Origin: a bacterium
GTDB taxonomy: Bacteria; Bacillota; Clostridia; Christensenellales; DTU072
DNA: 64,000 nucleotides
Reading direction: 5' to 3'
Assembly: GCA_963644945.1 (NCBI GenBank)
Contig: CAVIQK010000003.1
Coordinates: forward strand, 54,401-118,400
Of this stretch, positions 55,975 to 64,000 are shown in pieces. Below the pieces are notes generated by a model, which was not told the origin of the DNA, ran no database searches, and was given only the letters and a program-made list of their open reading frames with translations. The position numbers and the translations under genes were made by a program. Within the stretch, counting starts at the first letter, position 1; every line of letters starts with the position of its first letter.

Positions 55975-57312
55975 ATGGAAGAAAAAACTCAAAATCAACA
56001 AGAGTTTCCCGTTATAACCGTTCCGTTCAGCGCTTTGACCAATCCTCATCCGATTGTGTTCAAAGAGAAGAACGTAAAATTTATTGACAAAAGAAACAAC
56101 AGGGAAGAATCTGATTCTACCTATAATACTCAGGAGGATTCGTCTATGAAAGACAAAGAACAACGTGGCCAACAATACGAAGACACGCAAGTCGAAGACA
56201 ACCAAGCCGAAAGAAACACTTCAGACCAACCGTTTACCATCTATGTTAGAGGCAATATGGCAACCGAAGTGTATAGACGTGCAAGAAATGCCGCCTATGC
56301 ATCTTTTGACGACGATTATGGTATGCAAGAAGTTGCATCGACAAGACGTCGCAATCCGTCTTATTACGATCAATCCCAAAATCAAGGACGTAGACAAGAC
56401 GAAAAAGGCAACGGAAAAGCCAAAAAAGAGAAATCTAAAAAGGGTAAAGTCGTTGGATACGAAGCAAGACGTCCGGTTTTGTTCATTGTCGCCCTCTTGG
56501 TTATAGCAGTTCTTGTTGTCAACGTGCTTGCAGTAGTCAAGATTATGCCCGACTATACCGGTATGTTCATTACTAGAAGCATCGCCGAAAATGCCGGCAC
56601 AACCGAGACCGACGAAGACGGCAACGAAATAACATATCCTACCCATATCGCAAGATCTGCGGTGGATCCCGTAATGAGTTTGATTTCGTATATCAAAGGC
56701 GATAAAAACGCAACATGGTCCGAAGATGATATGATTTCCCAATCTTTCTTCACCGACTGTTTTGTCAAAATAATGGCTGATTCTCAAGAAGCAACAGACG
56801 AATCTGCAAGCGATGAAGCCGAAAGCGAAACCAAAACCACTGCCTATGCAGAAGAAACCTCTACTTCTTCGGGATCGGAAACCGAAACCGCTACCGCCGA
56901 AGAATCCGGAGATTCCACAACTTTGGTTCGTACCATTTGTTATATAGGTATGCCTATTGTTATTGTACTCCTATTAGTAACAATAGTTCTTCTAGTAGTC
57001 AAAATGCTCATCGCATTGTTCTCCGGAAGAAAAGTAAAATACGGATTCTTGTTCATCACATCCATTTTATACTTGGTCCTTATCGCAGTCGTTACACTTG
57101 TTTGGAACGAACAAGGACTCCAAGAAGCAAAACTTGTCTTTATGGCACCGCTCAAAGCATTCGGAATGGAGGTCAACAATGCGTCCTTTGCATCCGTAGG
57201 ACTTGGATTCTACATCAATGTTATAGGTTTACTCGTTGCATGGTTCATCTCGGCGTTCGCATACAAAAAAGTTCGTCAGGAAGTTTCTCCTGCACCCCAA
57301 TATAGAAGATAA
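55975..57312 (+). CDS. Operon B polytopic membrane protein (445 aa), paralog of 34673..35860
   Basis: The N-terminus has a module-like FPVITVPFSALTNPHPIVF (56005..56061). A basic cluster GNGKAKKEKSKKGK precedes TM1 (VLFIVALLVIAVLVVNVLAVV). The loop contains ETSTSSGSETETATAEESGDSTT. Three more TM helices follow. Confidence 0.65.
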   Translation: MEEKTQNQQEFPVITVPFSALTNPHPIVFKEKNVKFIDKRNNREESDSTYNTQEDSSMKDKEQRGQQYEDTQVEDNQAERNTSDQPFTIYVRGNMATEVYRRARNAAYASFDDDYGMQEVASTRRRNPSYYDQSQNQGRRQDEKGNGKAKKEKSKKGKVVGYEARRPVLFIVALLVIAVLVVNVLAVVKIMPDYTGMFITRSIAENAGTTETDEDGNEITYPTHIARSAVDPVMSLISYIKGDKNATWSEDDMISQSFFTDCFVKIMADSQEATDESASDEAESETKTTAYAEETSTSSGSETETATAEESGDSTTLVRTICYIGMPIVIVLLLVTIVLLVVKMLIALFSGRKVKYGFLFITSILYLVLIAVVTLVWNEQGLQEAKLVFMAPLKAFGMEVNNASFASVGLGFYINVIGLLVAWFISAFAYKKVRQEVSPAPQYRR

Positions 57313-57324
57313 GGAGTAAGAAAA

Positions 57325-57513
57325 ATGGCAAAATTCAAAAAAGTAAAAGTAGAATATGTTATCCCCAATGCCGGCATCAACCCTGCCCCCAGAGCAGTCA
57401 GCCCTCTAGGAGTACAACTTGCTCCTGTTACCGTCCCGATCCCGATTGTCCCGTATATGGCAGAAGGTGTCCTTGCAACCCAAGGTGAAGACGAAGAAGA
57501 CGATTACGAATAA
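57325..57513 (+). CDS. Operon B small protein P62 with conserved module and acidic tail
   Basis: AAGGAG Shine-Dalgarno upstream. The module VQLAPVTVPIPIVPYMAEGVLATQ (57412..57483) is followed by GEDEEDDYE-stop. Confidence 0.6.
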   Translation: MAKFKKVKVEYVIPNAGINPAPRAVSPLGVQLAPVTVPIPIVPYMAEGVLATQGEDEEDDYE

Positions 57514-57593
57514 TCAAAAAAGACCGTGGGACACTTTGCTCCCATCAAAACAATCAACGGTCTAAAAGTTGATTTTAATACTCATTAAAAGAA

Positions 57594-57634
57594 AAAACAC
57601 AGACCACTCAATCAAGGTCTGTGTTTTTGTTTTG
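57594..57634 (+). terminator. Rho-independent terminator closing operon B
   Basis: 10-bp stem AACACAGACC / GGTCTGTGTT (57596..57625) followed by TTTGTTTT. Confidence 0.75.
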
Positions 57635-57754
57635 ACGATACATTTAGAAAAAGTGATTCACAGTCGATTTTTGTCAGAGTTAAAACCACATAAACAAATT
57701 AAAAAAAGAACGAATTCAAAGTTCTTTTTTTATGGAATAATTTTATCCATTTAG

Positions 57755-57783
57755 TTGAGAATAACTAAATAAATATTTATAAT
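57755..57783 (+). promoter_or_regulatory. Putative promoter of the ABC exporter operon (TTGAGA - 17 nt - TATAAT)
   Basis: TTGAGA at 57755..57760 and TATAAT at 57778..57783. Confidence 0.45.
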
Positions 57784-57871
57784 ATATATCGTTATATTAA
57801 AGTTTCATTAAAGTTTAATCGACGAATATATAAAAAATTAAAATTTTAGGGGAAATTACATAGGTAGAAAA

Positions 57872-59596
57872 ATGATAAAAAAATTGCTAAGCTATGTAAA
57901 GGAATATAAACTTCCCTCGATATTTGCACCGTTTTTTGTAGCGTGTGAAGTTGTAATGGAAGTCCTTATTCCTTTCATGATGACCAAAATTGTTTCTGCC
58001 GCCGAAGGCAATGCGTTCAACGAACTATTGGCTTACGGCGGTTATATGGTGCTTATGGCGCTTTGCTCATTGGCGTTCGGTGTCTTGTCCGGAACATGTG
58101 CCGCAAGGGCAGGCATGGGCTTTTCCAAAAACCTTAGAAAAGGACTTTTTGAAAGCATAGAAAACTTCTCGTTTTCTAACATCGACAAATTCTCGACATC
58201 AAGTCTTATAACCCGTCAAACTACCGACGTCGTCAATATTCAGACAGCCTACATGATGTCCCTTCGCATGATGGTAAGAAGCCCCTTGATGCTCATCGGT
58301 GGCATGATAATGGCATTTTCCATCGCTCCCGAAGTATCATGGATATTCTTGATAGCCATACCGCTAATAGCACTTGGTATCGGACTCTTGTCCTTCTTCG
58401 CCTTCCCAAAATTTAGGGCAATGTTCAAGGCGTACGACAAAATGAATGCCGGCATACAAGAAAACCTCATTAGCATAAGAGTAGTCAAAGCATTTGTAAG
58501 AGGCGATTACGAAACCGCCAAATTCAAAAAGACCTCTAAAAACTTGATGGATTTACAAATGAAAGCCGAAACGGCAATCATTTTCGTGTCCCCGATTTTG
58601 ACTCTCGGAGTCTATGTCACCACCCTTCTCATTTTAGGAATTTCCGGTACAAAAGTTGCCAACAAAGAAATGGAAATCACCTCAATTATGGCGTTGACAA
58701 CTTACGTAATGCAAATACTTATGTCCCTCATGATGCTCTCAATGGTTGTTATGTATATGACTATTGCGAAAGAAAGTGCCGAGCGTATAGTGGAAGTGCT
58801 TGACGAAAAACCTTCCATCACAGACGAAAATGCCAACCCTGACTTGAAAGTCGAAGACGGCTCCATCCAATTTGAAAACGTCAATTTCTCTTATGCAGGC
58901 AAAGTCGATACCCCGTATGCGTTAGAGAACATAAATTTGTCCATAAAATCCGGCGAAACAGTGGGAATTATCGGAGGAACAGGCTCATCCAAGACCACTC
59001 TCGTCCAGTTGATTCCCCGTCTTTACGATGCCACGACCGGTGATGTTTTAGTCGGTGGTCACAGTGTAAAAGACTACAAAATACACACGTTGCGTGACTC
59101 CGTAGCAATGGTTTTACAAAAAAATGTTTTGTTCTCGGGTACCATCAAAGAGAACCTTCTTTGGGGAGACGAACATGCCACAGACGAAGAAATCGAAGAT
59201 GCTTGTAAATCAGCCCAAGCCCACGACTTTATCATGTCCTTCCCCGACGGTTACAACACCGATTTAGGGCAAGGCGGTGTCAACGTGTCCGGTGGTCAAA
59301 AACAACGTCTTTGTATAGCGAGAGCCCTTATCAAAAAGCCCAAAATTATGATTTTGGACGACTCGACCTCCGCAGTCGATACGGCGACCGACGCAAAAAT
59401 AAGGCAAGCCTTCAAAGAAAAACTTGCGGACATGACCGTAATAATTATCGCACAACGTATATCGAGCATCGAAGATGCCGACAAAATAATAGTGCTAGAC
59501 GACGGCAAAATCAATGCAATCGGCACGCACGAACAACTCATGGCAACCAACGAAATATATAGAGAAGTTGCCGAATCTCAAAAGAAGGGGGAATAA
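57872..59596 (+). CDS. ABC exporter half-transporter (TMD-NBD), subunit with non-canonical Walker B (catalytic Glu replaced by Asp)
   Basis: Six N-terminal TM helices. Walker A GGTGSSKTT, signature VSGGQKQR, Walker B IMILDDSTSAVD. Confidence 0.9.
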   Translation: MIKKLLSYVKEYKLPSIFAPFFVACEVVMEVLIPFMMTKIVSAAEGNAFNELLAYGGYMVLMALCSLAFGVLSGTCAARAGMGFSKNLRKGLFESIENFSFSNIDKFSTSSLITRQTTDVVNIQTAYMMSLRMMVRSPLMLIGGMIMAFSIAPEVSWIFLIAIPLIALGIGLLSFFAFPKFRAMFKAYDKMNAGIQENLISIRVVKAFVRGDYETAKFKKTSKNLMDLQMKAETAIIFVSPILTLGVYVTTLLILGISGTKVANKEMEITSIMALTTYVMQILMSLMMLSMVVMYMTIAKESAERIVEVLDEKPSITDENANPDLKVEDGSIQFENVNFSYAGKVDTPYALENINLSIKSGETVGIIGGTGSSKTTLVQLIPRLYDATTGDVLVGGHSVKDYKIHTLRDSVAMVLQKNVLFSGTIKENLLWGDEHATDEEIEDACKSAQAHDFIMSFPDGYNTDLGQGGVNVSGGQKQRLCIARALIKKPKIMILDDSTSAVDTATDAKIRQAFKEKLADMTVIIIAQRISSIEDADKIIVLDDGKINAIGTHEQLMATNEIYREVAESQKKGE

Positions 59597-59599
59597 ATT

Positions 59600-61501
59600 A
59601 TGCCAAGACCAGTCGGAACACCTCCTATGAAAAGAGACCTAAAAAACTCACTAAAAACATTAAAGAGAATTTTCTCTTATGTTTGCATCAATAAATGGAT
59701 CTTTGTCCTAGCCGTATTCTCAATTATATTATCTGCCGCCGCAGGAATATTAGGCACACTTTTCATGTCAAAAGGAATAAGTTTTTTGTCGAGTGCGGTA
59801 GAACAAGGCACAGTCAAAGAATCTTTGCCTGAATTTTTCTCTTACCTATATATAATGGCAGGGATATATGTTGTAGGCATAATCGCAAGCATATCCTACC
59901 AATACATAATGGCATGGATAACAACGAGAGCCACGAGAAAACTTCGTGACGACATGTTTACAAATATCCAAAAACTTCCGCTAAGATACTTCGACAGCCG
60001 TACCCATGGCGAAATAATGTCGTCGTTTTCCAACGATACCGACACTTTTAGAGAACTCATCTCGCAAAGCATCCCGCAATTTATCAACTCGATAGTGACC
60101 GTAATAGGTGTTATCGTATGTATGTTGATATTGTCGCCGATTTTGACATTGATAGCCTTTTCCGTAATATGCATAATGACTGTATTGGTACTGCTTATCA
60201 GCAAAAAAATAGGCAAATATTTTGTCGCCCAGCAGTCTGCCCTTGCCAAAACCAACGGCTACATAGAAGAATATATCGAAGGTCAAAAAGTCGTCCAAGT
60301 TTTCTGTCACGAACAAAAAGTCAACGAAGGCTTTGACAAAGTCAACGGCGCATGGCACGATGCCGCATGCAAAGCCAACACTTATGCCAATATTTTGATG
60401 CCGATCATGAACAACATGTCCCACCTCAACTATTGCATAGTGACTGTTTCAGGAGCGCTGTTTATAATGAACGGCCTATTCGGTATGGAGATCGGCAAAC
60501 TCACCGGTATGATGCAATACACAAGACAAGCCGGCAACCCGATCACCCAAATTTCCCAACAATTCAATGCAATTCTTACAGCCCTTGCCGGAGCCGAACG
60601 TATTTTTGCAATAATTGACGAAAAAAACGAAACCGACGAAGGTTATGTAAAACTCGTACGTTGCGAAACAGACGACAACGGCACCATTACCGAAACCGAA
60701 CACCACACAGGCAAATGGGCATGGAAACACCCCCACAAAGCCGAAGGCACAGTGACCTACAAGCGACTCGAAGGCGAAGTCCAATTCGACAACGTGACTT
60801 TCTCGTATGACGGCAGAAAAACCGTCCTCAAAAATCTTTCCTTCACCGCTCGCCCCGGTCAAAAGTTCGCATTTGTCGGTTCGACAGGTGCAGGCAAAAC
60901 CACCATTACCAACCTGATCAATCGCTTCTATGACGTTCCCGACGGCAAAATTCGCTACGACGGCATCAACATCAACAAAATCAAAAAGGATGATTTGAGA
61001 AGATCTCTCGGCATGGTTTTGCAAGACACCCACTTGTTTACAGGCACAATAAGAGAGAATATTCGCTACGGAAAACTTGATGCAACCGACGAAGAAGTCG
61101 AAAATGCCGCTCGCCTAGCCAACGCCCACTCGTTTATTATGCACCTACCGCAAGGCTACGACACAATGATAGAAGGAGACGGCGAAAGTTTGTCGCAAGG
61201 ACAAAGACAATTACTAGCGATTGCAAGAGCCGCCGTTGCCAATCCCCCCGTACTCATTTTGGACGAAGCAACATCCTCGATCGACACCCGTACCGAAAAA
61301 CTCGTCGAAAAAGGCATGGACAATTTGATGACCGGACGCACCGTTTTCGTTATTGCACATAGACTATCTACCGTCCGCAACAGCGACAACATTATCGTTT
61401 TGGAGCATGGCGAAATAATAGAAGAAGGCAATCACCAACAGTTGATAGAAAAACACGGAAAATATTACCAACTCTATACGGGAGCCTTCGAGTTGTCCTA
61501 A
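59600..61501 (+). CDS. ABC exporter half-transporter (TMD-NBD), canonical Walker B, deviant signature
   Basis: Walker A GSTGAGKTT, signature LSQGQRQL, Walker B VLILDEATSSID, H-loop VIAHRL. A ~40-aa insertion (KLVRCETDDNGTITETEHHTGKWAWKHPHKAEG) precedes the NBD core. Confidence 0.9.
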   Translation: MPRPVGTPPMKRDLKNSLKTLKRIFSYVCINKWIFVLAVFSIILSAAAGILGTLFMSKGISFLSSAVEQGTVKESLPEFFSYLYIMAGIYVVGIIASISYQYIMAWITTRATRKLRDDMFTNIQKLPLRYFDSRTHGEIMSSFSNDTDTFRELISQSIPQFINSIVTVIGVIVCMLILSPILTLIAFSVICIMTVLVLLISKKIGKYFVAQQSALAKTNGYIEEYIEGQKVVQVFCHEQKVNEGFDKVNGAWHDAACKANTYANILMPIMNNMSHLNYCIVTVSGALFIMNGLFGMEIGKLTGMMQYTRQAGNPITQISQQFNAILTALAGAERIFAIIDEKNETDEGYVKLVRCETDDNGTITETEHHTGKWAWKHPHKAEGTVTYKRLEGEVQFDNVTFSYDGRKTVLKNLSFTARPGQKFAFVGSTGAGKTTITNLINRFYDVPDGKIRYDGININKIKKDDLRRSLGMVLQDTHLFTGTIRENIRYGKLDATDEEVENAARLANAHSFIMHLPQGYDTMIEGDGESLSQGQRQLLAIARAAVANPPVLILDEATSSIDTRTEKLVEKGMDNLMTGRTVFVIAHRLSTVRNSDNIIVLEHGEIIEEGNHQQLIEKHGKYYQLYTGAFELS

Positions 61502-61508
61502 AAACAAA

Positions 61509-61539
61509 AAGCACTCAAACAGATTGGGTGCTTTTTTTA
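61509..61539 (+). terminator. Rho-independent terminator of the ABC operon
   Basis: Stem GCACTCAA / TTGGGTGC (61511..61531, one G-T pair) followed by TTTTTTT. Confidence 0.75.
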
Positions 61540-61638
61540 TTAAAAAATAAGGTGGTTTTTATATTTTGATATAAATATATACAAAAATTTCACTATTTTA
61601 CACATAATTTCTTTTTGATTATGTTATAATAATATAGT

Positions 61639-64000
61639 ATGAATTCAAGTAAAGCGCAAAACATAAAAATAATCACACTGTTTATATTGATTTTATTGAT
61701 ATTTTTCACCCTTGTGTCTTTTGACACGCCCATTTCCTATGCGGAAGAAACCACCGGATCCCTAGAAATATCCGTCAAATTAAAAACAGGCGATTCCCCC
61801 GTTTCCGAAATAGAAACCATGCTTTACTATGGTGGGACGGAGAAATATTCGGCGACCACCGATTCTACGGGTAAAGCCACATTTTCATCGGTAAAAAAAC
61901 AAGCCACCAATTACGAAATATATATAAAAATCAACGGCACCGCTTTCAACACGATGAAACGTATAGACCTCAACGAGTCCCGAGACATATTTTTATACCA
62001 AATCTCATTTGAAGACAGTGACGGCACCGCTCTACACGAGAAAATGTACTACCCCGAAAATGCCACATCGGGCATCAAACTAAAATCTACCGATGCCCTA
62101 GGACTCAACTATTCGGCACATACGGGCTACACCTTCGCAGGTTGGAAAGAAAAAGGTTCCGCATCCTCGACGGTCTATTCGGATACCGGCACTATTGCTG
62201 TAAAACAAGACACCGTCTTAGTAGCGACATGGACAGAAAAACAATATATTTATTCGATTGACGGCTCCGGCAGTGTGCTTACACTCAGCGAAGACAATAT
62301 CAAAAAACCCTTCACCTACTCAAACATTACCGATGTAATCAGTGCCATCGAACAGTTGAGAGATCCCGCCAAACCATGCACGATCCAACTCGGCATATCC
62401 CAACTTAACGACATAATCACATTGACAAGAGGCACTTACAACATTTACACCAAATGGGAAAGAGGCGTAGAATCTCTTATCGAAAACGGCTCTATCAAAG
62501 TCTCCAAAGACGTAGTTCTCAATTTTTACGGAAAAATCTATCATAGCGAGTCCTCCTCGAACATTCCGTCTTTTTCGATAAAAGTTTCGGGCGGTACACT
62601 TTCGCTAAAAGAAAACTCTTCCGTTCAAGGAGTATTGTTGGTAGGCACCGTCCAAGACACGCAAAAATCTCAAATACTTCTCGACGGCTATACCCAAAAA
62701 CTCGAACTCGGCTACCGTTATGACGAATCACTTTCGACGTCTTATGACGAAATCGACAAAAGAAAAGAAGGCTACCAAACCCTTCGTCAAAAAGTCCTAG
62801 GCTACACCCTCATGCAAAACGTAGAAGAAACGGACGTTTCTCGTTTTACCCTTGTCGGCGATGACTCGTCCAAGTGGTTCGGCATGGCGTACAACAAGAC
62901 CAAAAAATGCCTTTATATAGAAGAAAAATTTGAAATATCTTACCTTTTGGACTTTACCGAAACCGAAAAAACTCGTCTTTCGGGTACCCTTCCGTCGGCA
63001 AAATACATTTTGAAAGGCTATTCTTACTCCGTCCCCGCCTTGCCCACGTCTACTGCCCTTCGTGGTCATGATTTTGACGGATTTTATTTAGGAACCGAAA
63101 AATACGAGGAAAATGCCACTTTTTCACCGACGGACGACACCGTTTTGAAAGCGAAATTTACCCCGAAAACCTACAAAATAATATACACTAATCTAAAAGG
63201 TTCCACTAGTCCCAAAATCGAAAAACACACCTACATGACCGATACAACATTGACCTCGATTACTACGACAGGCTACACTTTTTCGACCTTCAAAATAGAC
63301 AACAAAGACCTAAAAACCCCCGAAAACACCTTCGTTTTAGGTGGCGAAGACTACATTTCCGACATTACCGTAAAAGCCGTTTGGACGCTAGACGCCCCAA
63401 TAGTCACACCGCAAAACTACAATGGCATCTATGACGGCAAATCACACCCCCTGACCGTCACCACGTTCCACCTTGCATCCACCCCGATAAAATATCTCTA
63501 CGAGTGGTCTTTTGACGGCAAATCGCTAGGCGATCTCGCTACCGTTGACGTAAAACACGTTGCCGACACCGGCACATATCACGTAAAAGTCATTGCATGG
63601 GACGGCGAACTGTTTTCCGCCCCGACCGATACCGAAGTCCTAGCGACCATAACCCCCATTGCAATCACCATAAAACTCCAAGACAAAGAACAAATACGTG
63701 GCCGTATCCCCAAGTCTTTCTCCGCAACCCTTGTAGAAGGCACCTTCCCCGAAGGCGAGAGCATAGCCACCCTAGCCCTTACTTGCAGTTCGGATTTTGA
63801 TCCCGACGTTGTCGGCACCTACACAATAACAGCCACGTCTAAAAACACCGATTACACCATAACATTTATTGACGGCACCTACACCGTCATCCCCGTAGAT
63901 ACGGATGAAATCATAGTCACCACCTCAATGACAGGCGGACTATTCCTTGCCCTCCTAACCTATTTTGTCGCAATGATGATAAGAGTCAAAACAAAAGGAG
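61639..64000 (+). CDS. Large secreted surface protein, N-terminal 787 codons (3' end beyond window); Listeria-Bacteroides-type repeats and an MBG repeat; NOT in the supplied ORF track
   Basis: I translated frame +1 from ATG 61639 to 63999 by hand and found no stop. Signal peptide MNSSKAQNIKIITLFILILLIFFTLVSFDTPISYA-EE. G-x-F-x-G-W/F repeat signatures (HTGYTFAGWKEKG, RGHDFDGFYLGTEKY, TGYTFSTFKIDNK). MBG-type unit (YDGKSHPLTV...GTYHVKV...VGTYTITATSKNTDYTITFIDGTYTVIP). A hydrophobic segment plus basic residues (GGLFLALLTYFVAMMIRVKTKG) sits at the window edge. Confidence 0.75.
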   Translation, partial: MNSSKAQNIKIITLFILILLIFFTLVSFDTPISYAEETTGSLEISVKLKTGDSPVSEIETMLYYGGTEKYSATTDSTGKATFSSVKKQATNYEIYIKINGTAFNTMKRIDLNESRDIFLYQISFEDSDGTALHEKMYYPENATSGIKLKSTDALGLNYSAHTGYTFAGWKEKGSASSTVYSDTGTIAVKQDTVLVATWTEKQYIYSIDGSGSVLTLSEDNIKKPFTYSNITDVISAIEQLRDPAKPCTIQLGISQLNDIITLTRGTYNIYTKWERGVESLIENGSIKVSKDVVLNFYGKIYHSESSSNIPSFSIKVSGGTLSLKENSSVQGVLLVGTVQDTQKSQILLDGYTQKLELGYRYDESLSTSYDEIDKRKEGYQTLRQKVLGYTLMQNVEETDVSRFTLVGDDSSKWFGMAYNKTKKCLYIEEKFEISYLLDFTETEKTRLSGTLPSAKYILKGYSYSVPALPTSTALRGHDFDGFYLGTEKYEENATFSPTDDTVLKAKFTPKTYKIIYTNLKGSTSPKIEKHTYMTDTTLTSITTTGYTFSTFKIDNKDLKTPENTFVLGGEDYISDITVKAVWTLDAPIVTPQNYNGIYDGKSHPLTVTTFHLASTPIKYLYEWSFDGKSLGDLATVDVKHVADTGTYHVKVIAWDGELFSAPTDTEVLATITPIAITIKLQDKEQIRGRIPKSFSATLVEGTFPEGESIATLALTCSSDFDPDVVGTYTITATSKNTDYTITFIDGTYTVIPVDTDEIIVTTSMTGGLFLALLTYFVAMMIRVKTKG

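Noticed and set aside
63901-64000. C-terminal TTSMTGG plus hydrophobic helix plus RVKTK as a sortase (LPxTG-type) sorting signal.
   Set aside because: The overall layout fits, but the pentapeptide lacks the LP/xP of known sortase motifs and the ORF has not yet terminated at the window edge. I report it only as a possible TM anchor.

Overview
This is a 64-kb chromosomal segment from a low-GC Firmicutes (Clostridia-like) genome. It uses the standard genetic code, TTGACA/TTGAAA -35 boxes with TATAAT or extended TGnTATAAT -10 boxes, and clear rho-independent terminators. Most genes are housekeeping. They cover replication and repair (DnaD-like, DnaI/DnaC-like loader, AddAB, RecX, AlkD-like) and translation (AspRS type 2, AsnRS, LeuRS, GlnRS; tRNA-Ala, tRNA-Ile, tRNA-Arg). 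RNA turnover is represented by RNase J. Cofactor and ion uptake genes are QueT, FolT behind a THF riboswitch, CorA and BirA. Envelope and sugar metabolism genes are phosphoglucomutase, UDP-galactopyranose mutase and a GT28-like transferase. There is also an OmpR/HisKA two-component pair, a heterodimeric ABC exporter, and many secreted or lipoproteins, including a 1249-aa M6-type metalloprotease with a dockerin-like tail. I found no rRNA, CRISPR array, transposase, integrase or phage genes. The most unusual content is two paralogous operons (about 34.5-38.0 kb and 54.7-57.6 kb). Small cytoplasmic proteins and 4-TM proteins in both share one conserved ~25-aa module, consensus [VI]Q[LM]TP[IV]VxPxx[ILM]VPYxSQxQP[LV]xQY. 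Each operon also encodes a polytopic membrane protein with a poly-basic N-terminus, and I recognise no described domain in any of them. Other notable points are a Rad50/SbcC-like zinc-hook protein with degenerate ATPase motifs, several apparently leaderless genes, and a >787-codon surface-protein gene (61639 to window end) missing from the ORF track because it has no stop in the window. All functional calls come from reading motifs by eye; no database search was run.
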